From Methanobacteriota archaeon (GTDB lineage: Archaea; Thermoplasmatota; Thermoplasmata; SG8-5; DAIRED01): a stretch of 36,281 bases of DNA. Below the pieces are notes generated by a model. The model was not told the origin of the DNA, made no database searches, and saw only the letters and a list, made by a program, of their open reading frames with translations. The stretch spans positions 1 to 36,281 of the forward strand of contig JAZDNO010000010.1 of NCBI GenBank assembly GCA_043799545.1. Direction: 5' to 3'. The position numbers and the translations under genes were made by a program. Numbering within the stretch: position 1 is the first letter of the stretch; every line of letters starts with the position of its first letter. This document shows positions 1 to 9,025 of this stretch, in pieces.

Positions 1-154
1 GCCCCTCTTTTCGATGGCATTATATCACTCCTTGCCGTGCAAACGCCGCAGGAAATGCGCGCGTCGAAGCGCAGGCATGAGCCGTGATAGCACGTGTGAG
101 GTATAATGCTTGCGCATCGGAAGGCTTTTCCACCCGCGAGGCATCGCATCGTTT

Positions 155-769
155 ATGGAAAAAGGCGAGCTGTTCCGCAAGTCGTTCCACCTCTGCGCGC
201 CAGTGTTCCTGTCGTACTATTTGGTTCCTGACGATTTCTGGGGAGTCGTCCCGGGCATGGGCTCCGCGCTGAGAGGGCGGGAAGTCGTCCTGCTCGCCGT
301 GCTCGCCATCGTCCTGGCTTCTGAGGCCGTCAGGCTAAGGATGGGATGGCGCGCCTTCGGGATGCGCCCGTACGAAACGGAAAAGATGGCCGCGCACGCC
401 TGGGCAGGGTTCGGCATCGCGATAGGGTTCCTGTTCTTCCCGCGGCCGTTCGTCGTCGCAATAGTTTTCGGGATGGCGTGGGTGGACCCGCTGATTAGCC
501 TGCTGCGTAAGAATCGCCCCTATCTTTATCCGATGCTTCCCCTCGCTGTTTACTGGCTCATCGTCGCTGTGGCGCTGTCCGTCCAGACTGACGCTTCGCC
601 GGTGGTCATCGCGAACCTGGCGCTGATAGCTGCCTGCGCGGCAATCCTTTGCGAGTCCCCAAAGCTCAAGCACCTGGACGACGACTTCCTGCTCCTCACT
701 GTTCCGCTGGCGGCGATGTGGCTGGCGAACGTTCTATTATCGGGCGCGATGGGCTTCCTCTTCGACTAG
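155..769 (+). CDS. CTP-dependent isoprenoid-alcohol/diacylglycerol kinase-like membrane protein (dolichol/phytol kinase superfamily)
   Basis: Hydrophobic multi-TM ORF with N-terminal ELFRKSFH and C-terminal LDDDFLL motifs typical of this family. ATG at 155 chosen over the TTG at 110. Confidence 0.6.
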   Translation: MEKGELFRKSFHLCAPVFLSYYLVPDDFWGVVPGMGSALRGREVVLLAVLAIVLASEAVRLRMGWRAFGMRPYETEKMAAHAWAGFGIAIGFLFFPRPFVVAIVFGMAWVDPLISLLRKNRPYLYPMLPLAVYWLIVAVALSVQTDASPVVIANLALIAACAAILCESPKLKHLDDDFLLLTVPLAAMWLANVLLSGAMGFLFD

Positions 770-770
770 C

Positions 771-2558
771 TCACTCGACTGTGACGCTCTTGGCAAGGTT
801 CCGGGGCTTGTCGATGGGGCATCCGCGCTCCCTGGCCACGTAGTATGATAATAGCTGAAGGGCAACCGAGACGGGGATTGCGGAGAACAGCGGCGGGACT
901 TTGGGGACGTATATGACGTTGTCGCAGTACTTCTCCAGGTCGCTGTCGCCCTCTATTCCGACGCAGACGACGGGGGCCTCGCGGGCGCTCACCTCGCCGA
1001 TGTTGCTCAGCACCTTCTCGTACGTGTGGTCCGGAACGGCCACGGCCACCACGGGGGTGTCCTTGGTCAGAAGGGCCAGGGGGCCGTGCTTCAACTCGCC
1101 CGCCGCGTAGCCTTCGGCGTGTATGTAGGATATCTCCTTCATCTTCAGCGCGCCCTCGAGGACGACTGGATAGTTCAGGTTGCGCCCGATGAAGAACATG
1201 TCCCTCGCCCCGGCTATCTCCTTGGCCACAGCCTCAATCTTCTCCGAATTGTTTAGCACCGACTGGACGACCTGCGGCATCGACCTGAGGGCGTCGCGCA
1301 TCTGAGCCTGCGTGTCCGAGTGCAGCACCCTTCGGAGAGCCCCGTACTTGATTGCCAGGAGGTACATGACTGCGAGCTGGGTGACGAACGTCTTCGTCGC
1401 CGCGACGCCGATTTCTATGCCCGCCCGTGTGTAATAGACCTCGTCGACCTCTCGAGTTATCGTGCTTCCGACGACGTTGGTGATTCCGATGGTGTAGCAT
1501 CCCCGGCGCTTCGCCTCTCTCGCGGCGGCGAGCGTATCGGCCGTTTCCCCGCTCTGCGTGACCAGTATCGTCAGCGGCATCTCCCTGCTGGGCGTGGAAT
1601 ACCTGTACTCGGAGGCGATTTCCGCAGTCGTCGGAATTTTCAGGACGGTCTCGAACACGTACTTGCCGACGTAGCAGGCGTGGTAAGAAGTCCCGCAGGC
1701 TACCAGCTTGACCGAATCGAACCTCACGCCCATGTCCTGCTCGGGCCTGTCCGAGAGCCTTCCGAGCAACGTCTGGTGAAGCGCCCTCGGCTGCTCGAAA
1801 ATCTCCTTGAGCATGAAATGCTGGTATCCTCCCAGCTCCGCGTCCTGCACCGTGTACTTGACCCGCTGGTAGTCCCGCTGGACGGCCTCGCCATCAATGG
1901 TGCGCAGCTGCACCCCCTGCGGCGTCAGCACGGCCATTTCCCCGTCCATCATGGGGATTATCCGGTCCGTCAGGTCCAGCACGGCCGGGATGTCCGATGC
2001 CAGGAATGTCTCCCCGGTACCGAGCCCAACTATCAGAGGGCTTTCGTGCCTAACAGCCACTATCTTTCCCTTCTCGCCTTCGTGAACAACGGCTATGGCG
2101 TAGGATCCCTTCAGGCGCTTGACCGCAACCGCCACTGCGCCTTCGAGATTTCCCTCGTAAGCGTCCTCAATCAGGTGGACGATGACCTCCGTATCCGTTT
2201 CGGACCTGAACTGGTGGCCCTTCCTCATCAGCTCTTCCTTCAAGGACATGAAGTTCTCGATTATCCCATTGTGGACGAGCGCGATGCGCTCCTTGCAGTC
2301 GACGAACGGATGCGCATTGTTCTTCAGGGGCTGGCCGTGGGTCGCCCAGCGCGTGTGTGCTATGCCGTGCGTCCCCCGTATCGCGGGCATTGACGACTCC
2401 ATCCGGGATATCTCGCCCTTGTCCTTGTACACCGTGAGGCGCTCGCCGATTATCGCCACGCCCGCGGAATCGTAACCCCTGTATTCCAGCCTCTTCAAGG
2501 CCTTCAGCAGAAGACCCTGCGCTTCCCTGTCTCCCGTGTAGCCCACGATTCCGCACAT
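771..2558 (-). CDS. glmS: Glutamine--fructose-6-phosphate transaminase (isomerizing)
   Basis: N-terminal MCGIVG (Ntn Cys1), HTRWATHG, HNGIIEN, SETDTEV, SQSGETAD-like VTQSGETADT, C-terminal DKPRNLAKSVTVE. Confidence 0.97.
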   Translation of the reverse strand: MCGIVGYTGDREAQGLLLKALKRLEYRGYDSAGVAIIGERLTVYKDKGEISRMESSMPAIRGTHGIAHTRWATHGQPLKNNAHPFVDCKERIALVHNGIIENFMSLKEELMRKGHQFRSETDTEVIVHLIEDAYEGNLEGAVAVAVKRLKGSYAIAVVHEGEKGKIVAVRHESPLIVGLGTGETFLASDIPAVLDLTDRIIPMMDGEMAVLTPQGVQLRTIDGEAVQRDYQRVKYTVQDAELGGYQHFMLKEIFEQPRALHQTLLGRLSDRPEQDMGVRFDSVKLVACGTSYHACYVGKYVFETVLKIPTTAEIASEYRYSTPSREMPLTILVTQSGETADTLAAAREAKRRGCYTIGITNVVGSTITREVDEVYYTRAGIEIGVAATKTFVTQLAVMYLLAIKYGALRRVLHSDTQAQMRDALRSMPQVVQSVLNNSEKIEAVAKEIAGARDMFFIGRNLNYPVVLEGALKMKEISYIHAEGYAAGELKHGPLALLTKDTPVVAVAVPDHTYEKVLSNIGEVSAREAPVVCVGIEGDSDLEKYCDNVIYVPKVPPLFSAIPVSVALQLLSYYVARERGCPIDKPRNLAKSVTVE

Positions 2559-2567
2559 TGTTATCCC

Positions 2568-3767
2568 TCACATGACCTGCGAACCGTTGGGAAGGTCCAC
2601 GCATATCGTCTTGCCCGGCGCAATCCTGCATCCGTATCCGACGATCACGCCGCCCCTGAAAGAGACGTTGCCTCCTATAACCGAGCCCTCTCCAATCATC
2701 GCGCCGATGGTTTCCAGCGATTTGAGCTCCCCGTCGGCGTTGACTTTGGCGGGCTCCCCGTCCGCGGTGCAATTCGGACCTATTCGGACCCCCTCCCCCA
2801 CGACCGAGTGGGAGAGCATCGTGCCAGCGCCGATGAAGCTGTTCTTCATTACCAGGCTCTGCTGGAGGACGACATGGGGCGAGAGCACGACGTTGTCGCC
2901 TATGCTCGTCTCCGGTGAAATGCACACGCCGGGCCCGAGCTCGCAGTTCTCGCCTATCGTAACTGGGCCGGTGATGTGCGCCCCCGAGCTCACGACCGTC
3001 CCTGCGCCTATGGACACCGTGCCCTTGATGTGGGCCCCGCGCTCGACCGTGCCGGCGGTGTGCTGCGGCACCTTTGCCAATGCCTCAGCGTTGGCGGAAG
3101 GCAGGTCCCACGGATAGACCACATCCCTCCATGAACCGGACGTGAATATCGCCTCGAACCTGTTCCTGGGTATCATGCGCTGGACTGCGCTCGTGAGCCT
3201 GTGATCCCCGTCCTTGGTCGCCTCGCCTATCGCGTCGAATATTCCTAGGTCGAAACGATATATACCCGTGCTGATTATGTTGCTGAAGCGCTCGCTCGGC
3301 TTCTCCGCAATCTGTGCTATGTTGTCCCCGCTGAGCAGGACGACCCCGTACTTTGACGGGTTCTGGCTCTCGGTCACGACTATCGCGCTGCCCTTGGCCT
3401 TGTTCACGATGTCTGTGAGCGTGGACGGCTCGATGACGTTGTCCCCCGCCAGGACCAGGAATTCGTCTTTGACGTAATCCCGGGCCTTTCCCAGGGCGAA
3501 GCCCGTGCCAATCTGGCCCAGCACCTTGCTCTGGACTATGTACTCTATCTTGGCTCCGAACGCCTTGCCGTCCCCGAAGTAGGACATGATGCGCTCCTTC
3601 TTGTAACCGACGACCATCGCCATCTCGCGCACCCCGTTCTTCACGAGCGCCTCGACGACGTACTGAATGATCGGCCTGTTGGCAATCGGTATCATGACCT
3701 TCGGTTCCGAGGTCGTAAAAGGTCTCAACCGCGTCCCCTCGCCTGCGGCCAGAATCACTGCCTTCAT
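2568..3767 (-). CDS. glmU: Archaeal bifunctional sugar-1-phosphate nucleotidyltransferase/acetyltransferase (GlmU-like)
   Basis: MKAVILAAGEGTRLRP nucleotidyltransferase motif, EKP motif, C-terminal hexapeptide (left-handed beta-helix) repeats. Lies 9 nt upstream of glmS on the same strand. Confidence 0.82.
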   Translation of the reverse strand: MKAVILAAGEGTRLRPFTTSEPKVMIPIANRPIIQYVVEALVKNGVREMAMVVGYKKERIMSYFGDGKAFGAKIEYIVQSKVLGQIGTGFALGKARDYVKDEFLVLAGDNVIEPSTLTDIVNKAKGSAIVVTESQNPSKYGVVLLSGDNIAQIAEKPSERFSNIISTGIYRFDLGIFDAIGEATKDGDHRLTSAVQRMIPRNRFEAIFTSGSWRDVVYPWDLPSANAEALAKVPQHTAGTVERGAHIKGTVSIGAGTVVSSGAHITGPVTIGENCELGPGVCISPETSIGDNVVLSPHVVLQQSLVMKNSFIGAGTMLSHSVVGEGVRIGPNCTADGEPAKVNADGELKSLETIGAMIGEGSVIGGNVSFRGGVIVGYGCRIAPGKTICVDLPNGSQVM

Positions 3768-3797
3768 CGTATCACGCCAAACCAATCCACGGCTCCA

Positions 3798-3843
3798 GTA
3801 TATAACATTTTCTATGGTTATCCCTAGAAAAAGTTAATATATA
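3798..3843. promoter_or_regulatory. Divergent promoter region (two TATA-like boxes) with a 7-bp inverted repeat
   Basis: AT-rich gap between glmU and mscS: GTTATATACT (minus strand, ~3797-3806) and TTAATATATA (plus strand, ~3834-3843). TTTTCTA-N10-TAGAAAA at 3808-3831. Confidence 0.5.
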
Positions 3844-3868
3844 GCATTCGGATGAGCATGATGGTAAC

Positions 3869-5149
3869 ATGGCGGCGACTGCGGACTACGGCATAATGAT
3901 ATTCTTCTCCACAATCATAGTCCTGGCTTTAATATATATTTTCATGCACATGGATAATCTTCTGTATTATTTCAAGCTCAAGAAGGACAGGCGCATCGAG
4001 GACGACACGCTCGATTTCACCTTCGGGGCGATAAAAGTTCTGTGGGCTTCGCTTGCGGCGATGTTCCTCGTCGAGCTGGCTACGTTCCTCAAATTGGACT
4101 ACGCAGACGACGTGGCGCAGGCCATATACGATTACGTCTTCGCCATATTCGTCTTCTGCCTGGTCATAGTCGTCGTGTGGTTCGTTGCGAGGCTGGGGTC
4201 GAGGCACATCGAGCAGTCCATGCAGAAGGCGGTCGTGGACCCGAACGCATACATCAAGCCAGGGCTGTTGGAGTTCTACGAGCTGTTCGTGAAGTACTTC
4301 ATCTACGCCATCGGCTTCGTGTTCGCGACCTTCACGGCGATGGTCGCCATACCGGACGAGACCCAGAGGCAGCGCGTCTTCGACTGGATGGGGTTCGCCC
4401 GGCTGAACGTCGACGAATTGGCGGCCTCCCTGAGCGCGTACGTGATACTGCTAATAGTGTTCTTCCTCGTGTGGAAGCTGGCATCGTTGATGTTGGACGA
4501 CTTCAAGAAGAAGTCCACGAAGTTCCCCCCGCGAGTGATCGACCTGGTGAAGGCCTTTGTCCGGTACGGACTGACCTGGCTGGCCATGGTGGTCACGCTG
4601 ACGATAATCCTTGACCTCTTCAACTTCCAGTACGTCGAGATGGTCATATACGTCATAATCGCCGCCACGTTCATCCTCCTGCTGGTCGTGGCGTTCTCTC
4701 CGACGACCCGCGAGGGCTTCTCGGGAGTTGTCCTCCTCATCAGCGATTCTGTCAACAAGGATGACTGGATTTCCATCGACGGCGTGGCGGAGGGGCGTGT
4801 GGTGTCGCAGAACCTGCTGACGACCAGGCTCGCCGCGGAGAACGGGGAGATAATGGACGTGCCGAATTCGAAGATAACGTCGTCGGTGGTCAGGAACTGG
4901 ACCAAGACGGGGCGCGTCGAGGTCTCGTTGTCCCTTCCCTCCGGTGTGCCTGGTGCGACCGCGATGCGAAGCGCGGCGTCGATAGATGGCGTCAGCAATG
5001 ACCCGATGCCGGAGGTAGTCTCCAGGATACTTGAAAACGGAACGACCGCGAAGACTCTTAGGTTCTACGTCACTGATTTTCAAAGGCGTCGAGCAATATC
5101 CGAGTTGCTGACTGCGGAGTTTCTCCTGCAGGACTCGGGGAAGGCTTGA
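3869..5149 (+). CDS. Mechanosensitive ion channel (MscS family) with extended N-terminal membrane region
   Basis: About 8 hydrophobic segments, then an MscS-type beta domain (DWISIDGVAEGRVVSQNLLTTRL...VPNSKITSSVVRNWT). Confidence 0.72.
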   Translation: MAATADYGIMIFFSTIIVLALIYIFMHMDNLLYYFKLKKDRRIEDDTLDFTFGAIKVLWASLAAMFLVELATFLKLDYADDVAQAIYDYVFAIFVFCLVIVVVWFVARLGSRHIEQSMQKAVVDPNAYIKPGLLEFYELFVKYFIYAIGFVFATFTAMVAIPDETQRQRVFDWMGFARLNVDELAASLSAYVILLIVFFLVWKLASLMLDDFKKKSTKFPPRVIDLVKAFVRYGLTWLAMVVTLTIILDLFNFQYVEMVIYVIIAATFILLLVVAFSPTTREGFSGVVLLISDSVNKDDWISIDGVAEGRVVSQNLLTTRLAAENGEIMDVPNSKITSSVVRNWTKTGRVEVSLSLPSGVPGATAMRSAASIDGVSNDPMPEVVSRILENGTTAKTLRFYVTDFQRRRAISELLTAEFLLQDSGKA

Positions 5150-7367
5150 CCTTCTGGACGATGACGAACGGTTTCTCGATTCGCTCCGCCAGGCGGTTCT
5201 GGAGGCTGCCGAACACGAACTGCATCATCCTCGACTCGTCTGCGGCTCCGATGATGACTATGTCGTGGTTGGCCGAGGCGGCTAGCACCGCACCTTCCAC
5301 GTTCTTGCTGTCGTCGAGCCTGCGCTCGTGGACCACGCTGTGGGTTTCGCAAATCTGGCAAAGCCTGTCGAGAATTTGGCCGAGCCTTTCCCGGTCGCAT
5401 TCCCTGTGGCAGGCGCCGTACAGCGTGATGGCTGCTTTATAGCGCTTGGCGAGCAGGATTGCCATCCCGGTCGCGTATGTTTCGTTCCCCTCGCCAGTGG
5501 CCACCACCAATACCCTGTCGACCTCCTCCGGCATCGCCTTGGATTTGTATATCACGACGTCGCACGGGGCGTTTTGGACGACCTTGTCTATGTTGGAACC
5601 CATGAGCATCTCGGGGCCATGCCGCCCGCGCCAGCCCATGAATATGACGCTCGCGCCCATCTCCCTCGCCTCCTCCACGATGGCCTCCGATGGCTTGTGC
5701 GAGACTACTATCTTCGTGTGCACGTTGGCCCTCATGTCGCTAGCGAGCTTTTTTGCTTTGGAAAGAGTTCTCTTCTCCGCACTCACCCTGGCGTACGAAA
5801 CTGATTCGAGAGATTCCGTTTCCGGCAATTCTATCACGTGGAGCAGGTGGAGTTCCCCGCCCTCGACGCGCGAGACGAGCGCCGCCAGCTCTACCAGGGA
5901 CGTGTCCTGCGGCCCGGCCACGGCCGCCATTACGCAGTATCTGGTGCCCTCGTGCTTCTCCGAGACCTCGACGTGCGGGAGGTCAATCTCCTTGTGGACA
6001 ATCTTCTCCTTGCTTGAATATAGCAGGTAGGCTAGGAGGCCTATTATAATCCAGAACATCGCCATATACCAAGCGATTGGCTCGTACGCCCAAAGCGAGT
6101 AAGCCATTATGCCTTTCGTTACAAGGCCGATGATGGGTATGATGGGAAAGAGAGGCATCACGTACCGGCGTCGGATTTCGGGATGCTTAATGCGGAGCGT
6201 CATCACGGCCACGTTGACGAAAATCATGAGCATGAGGAACATGATATCGGCTGAAGCCGTTATCTGTTCGATGGGCAAGAAGATGACCATCGATATCACA
6301 ATACCCCCGCTGATGAAGATTGCGATGTGCGGTGTATTTCGAATGCGGTGGAGACTACCAAATGACTTGGGCAGCGCGCCGTCGCGGCCCATTGCGTACG
6401 CGACTCTGGAGGAGGAGAATAGTGTGGAGTTGATCGCGGCTAGTGCTCCGATAATGATTCCTACTCCAATCAACTGGAGCCCAAATCCAGGCATTGAAAT
6501 GCGAGCCACTTCAGCGACTGCGTTCTCCTCGTACAATCCTGCTGTCTCCCATCCGACGACGCCGATGGTCACGACCGCAACGAGGATGAAAATCACCGCT
6601 GCAAGCGAGATGGTAATCCAATGTGCCCGAGGGATGTTTTTCTCCGCATCCTTGCACTCTTCTCCACACTGGGCGATTATCTCGTACCCTTCAAACACGA
6701 TGAATGTAAAACCCATCGCCACGACGACATTCCACATGCCGCCCTCGGGCATGAACGGCGTGAACGACTCGCCCACATTCGCCTTCCCGGTCATGAATAA
6801 CACGCCGGCTAATATGTAGATGACGACAATTGTAATCAATGTGACAGTGATATAGCTGCTGGATCGTCCAGTTGTCTTTGTACCCCTGAAATTAATGTAG
6901 ATGAAAACGAAACACGCCGCCACCGCCAAAAGCTTGACCAGTTCCTCGTGGCTGAGGCCCAAGAGTTCGATTCCAAACGCCTGCATGAGCCAAATCACTC
7001 CATAACCGAATCCCAGGACGTAGAAAGCCGTCACGATTGTATGTCCGAACCATGACAGCCATCCCGCAAGGAATCCGAAAGGCTGGGGCATGCCGTCCTT
7101 TACCCAAATATATCCCCCGCCTGTATCCGAGAATGCGCTCCCGAGCTCGGCGTACGCCATCGCAGTCAGGATGGTGACAAAGAAGTTGAAAAGAAAAGCG
7201 AGAATCAACGCGGGCCCCGCTATCCTGACGCCAAATCCTACAAGCAGAAATATCGTGGTGCCAATCGTCGGCCCGAGCCCTATCATCGTTATTTCGAGGA
7301 GACCCAGGTCTCGCCGGAGCTTGACTTCCGTGCCGCCAGTGCCGTTTTTCTGGGCCTCGTCCGACAT
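5070..7367 (-). CDS. APC-family amino acid permease fused to C-terminal universal stress protein (USP) domains
   Basis: LRRDLGLL start, GGGYIWV, GYEIIAQCGEE, SRVAYAMGRDG and RTPH-like RNTPHIAI motifs. C-terminal USP-like region (GSNIDKVVQNAPCDV). Start at 7367 or 7379; 7367 fits a minus-strand TATATA at ~7389-7394. Confidence 0.9.
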   Translation of the reverse strand: MSDEAQKNGTGGTEVKLRRDLGLLEITMIGLGPTIGTTIFLLVGFGVRIAGPALILAFLFNFFVTILTAMAYAELGSAFSDTGGGYIWVKDGMPQPFGFLAGWLSWFGHTIVTAFYVLGFGYGVIWLMQAFGIELLGLSHEELVKLLAVAACFVFIYINFRGTKTTGRSSSYITVTLITIVVIYILAGVLFMTGKANVGESFTPFMPEGGMWNVVVAMGFTFIVFEGYEIIAQCGEECKDAEKNIPRAHWITISLAAVIFILVAVVTIGVVGWETAGLYEENAVAEVARISMPGFGLQLIGVGIIIGALAAINSTLFSSSRVAYAMGRDGALPKSFGSLHRIRNTPHIAIFISGGIVISMVIFLPIEQITASADIMFLMLMIFVNVAVMTLRIKHPEIRRRYVMPLFPIIPIIGLVTKGIMAYSLWAYEPIAWYMAMFWIIIGLLAYLLYSSKEKIVHKEIDLPHVEVSEKHEGTRYCVMAAVAGPQDTSLVELAALVSRVEGGELHLLHVIELPETESLESVSYARVSAEKRTLSKAKKLASDMRANVHTKIVVSHKPSEAIVEEAREMGASVIFMGWRGRHGPEMLMGSNIDKVVQNAPCDVVIYKSKAMPEEVDRVLVVATGEGNETYATGMAILLAKRYKAAITLYGACHRECDRERLGQILDRLCQICETHSVVHERRLDDSKNVEGAVLAASANHDIVIIGAADESRMMQFVFGSLQNRLAERIEKPFVIVQKVKPSPSPAGETPQSATRILLDAFENQ

Positions 7368-7385
7368 TTGCGACGGCATCCCTGC

Positions 7386-7418
7386 CCGTATATATAGGAT
7401 TTGGGATAGGTATAAATG
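7386..7418. promoter_or_regulatory. Back-to-back TATA boxes for the APC permease (minus) and alaX (plus)
   Basis: TATATATAG at 7389-7397 and TATAAATG at 7411-7418, each ~22-25 nt from the downstream ATG, consistent with leaderless archaeal transcripts. Confidence 0.5.
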
Positions 7419-7440
7419 CGCACCAGTATTTTTCCCGCAC

Positions 7441-8157
7441 ATGACGGAAATTCTGTTCATGAGGGACGCCGACGCGAACTACGTTCGGGAGTTCGAGGCG
7501 ACGGTCGTTTCCAAAGGGGAGAACTTCGTGGTCCTGGACAGGACCGCTTTCTACGCTGTCGGGGGAGGGCAGGAGACCGACACGGGCTCCCTTTCGTGGG
7601 AGGGCGGCTCCGCCAGTGTGAAGGAGGTCACGAAGAAAGGTGAGGTCAGGCACCGCCTGGACGGTCCAGTTCCTGATGCTGGCACAATTGTCCACGGCGA
7701 AATTGACTGGGAGCGCAGGCACGCCCACATGAGGATGCACACCGCCCAGCACATAATTTCCAGCGTCGTGTTTGATATATATAAAGCCCGAACCGTCGGG
7801 AACCAGATACACGCGGACAGGTCGCGCGTGGACTTCGCTCCCGCGAATTTCACCCAGGATGACGTGCAAAAAATCGAGGCCAAATGCAACGAGATTGCGG
7901 CGAAGGGAATCGGGGTGAGGATTTACGAGGAGGACCGAACCGAGCTGGAGAAGCGCGTGGACCAGCAGCGCGCGAACCTGGATCTGCTGCCCCAATCGAT
8001 ACGGCGGTTGAGAATCGTGGACATCGATGGCTTCGACGTGTGCCCGTGCGCCGGGACGCATGTCCGGAACACTAATGAAATTGGCAGGTTCCACATCCTG
8101 GAGCGCGAGAAAAAAGGGAAGGGCAGGGAGCGACTTACGTATGAATTGCTGGCATGA
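7441..8157 (+). CDS. alaXM: Alanyl-tRNA editing protein AlaX (AlaXM type)
   Basis: TAFYAVGGGQ..DTG, HxxxH (RMHTAQH) and CxGTH (CPCAGTHV) zinc-binding editing motifs, C-terminal RERLTYEL. Real start is ATG 7441 within the track ORF 7090..8157. Confidence 0.93.
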   Translation: MTEILFMRDADANYVREFEATVVSKGENFVVLDRTAFYAVGGGQETDTGSLSWEGGSASVKEVTKKGEVRHRLDGPVPDAGTIVHGEIDWERRHAHMRMHTAQHIISSVVFDIYKARTVGNQIHADRSRVDFAPANFTQDDVQKIEAKCNEIAAKGIGVRIYEEDRTELEKRVDQQRANLDLLPQSIRRLRIVDIDGFDVCPCAGTHVRNTNEIGRFHILEREKKGKGRERLTYELLA

Positions 8158-8266
8158 AGCGGATAGGAAACCGGACGAGCCGAGCTGGCGAGGTCCGAGT
8201 TTCTTTGCTCCAAATGCTTTCTTTGCGAGGGCCGAACCGGAGAGGCGATTCTCAAAGAAAGCGTTT

Positions 8267-8314
8267 AAGGGAAAAGACCGGGAACGGCTAACTTACGAGC
8301 TATTGGACGAGTGA
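8267..8314 (+). pseudogene. Orphan second copy of the alaX 3' end (KGKDRERLTYELLDE*)
   Basis: 12/13 residues identical to AlaX C-terminus KGKGRERLTYELL (8113-8151). No upstream AlaX sequence. Its TGA overlaps the ATG of the PAP2 gene. Confidence 0.65.
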
Positions 8315-8994
8315 TGAGCGCCATCCCCGTTAGGCCCGGGAGGATTGGCCCCGAAGACCGCGTTATGGCAACCATCGCCACAACGGCAGCCTTCTGCTTT
8401 GCCGCTCTAACATGGCTTGTTGTAGTGGGTGAGACGCAGGGATTCGACCATGCGGCGCTTGAAACCGTTTACAACTCGAACACGCCGACGACACTTATGA
8501 TTTTCCGGGCGGTTTCATTCGCTGGCTCCATGTGGGCGATTGCTGTCGTCACATGTTTTGCGGCCCTCTATTTTACTCTGCGAAAGCGCATCCGCACATC
8601 GGCATTCATCCTTGCAAGCGTCTCTGGGGCGTGGCTCCTGAATGAGGTCCTCAAGCTCGCCGTTTCGAGAGCCAGGCCGGAGCTGGGCTCCGATGTCTTC
8701 GCGACGGGATACAGCTACCCTAGCGCCCATACGATGGTCGGGATAAGCCTCTACATAACACTCGCCATAGCGCTTTCACCCCTTGTGGAGTCGCCGACAC
8801 GCAAGGCCGCACTCTGGATGTCCGCGGTGGCGCTGGTAGCGCTCATCGCACTCAGCCGCCCGTTCCTCGGCGCGCACTGGCCGACGGACGTGATGGGCGG
8901 CGCGCTTCTGGGCGCGGCCTGGGTAATATCATTGAGAGAGATCCGGATGAGATACCTGCAACACGAAAAAATTGAAAGCGCCGAAAAGTATTGA
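8314..8994 (+). CDS. PAP2-family (type 2 phosphatidic acid/undecaprenyl-PP-like) phosphatase
   Basis: Three PAP2 motifs: KLAVSRARP, YPSAH, SRPFLGAHWPTD; multi-TM. Alternative GTG start at 8311. Confidence 0.86.
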   Translation: MSAIPVRPGRIGPEDRVMATIATTAAFCFAALTWLVVVGETQGFDHAALETVYNSNTPTTLMIFRAVSFAGSMWAIAVVTCFAALYFTLRKRIRTSAFILASVSGAWLLNEVLKLAVSRARPELGSDVFATGYSYPSAHTMVGISLYITLAIALSPLVESPTRKAALWMSAVALVALIALSRPFLGAHWPTDVMGGALLGAAWVISLREIRMRYLQHEKIESAEKY

Positions 8995-9004
8995 AAAAGA
9001 AAGG
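8993..9004 (-). terminator. Possible archaeal oligo-T terminator for pnp
   Basis: CCTTTCTTTTTC on the minus strand ~20 nt after the pnp stop. Confidence 0.3.
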
Positions 9005-9025
9005 TTTTGCGGTCAGGTGTCCGTT

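Noticed and set aside
1-154. Feature in the first 154 nt
   Set aside because: No convincing ORF, RNA structure or repeat; probably intergenic/promoter sequence.
1320-2393. Long antisense/alternate-frame ORFs (e.g. 1320..2393+, 11535..13193-, 27464..28747+, 34505..35713+)
   Set aside because: Shadow ORFs of well-supported genes in high-GC DNA; no recognisable motifs.
2559-2567. glmS ribozyme
   Set aside because: Only 9 nt separate glmU and glmS, leaving no room or consensus for the ribozyme.
5146-7367. APC permease-USP fusion as a novelty
   Set aside because: This architecture is well known in archaea and bacteria.
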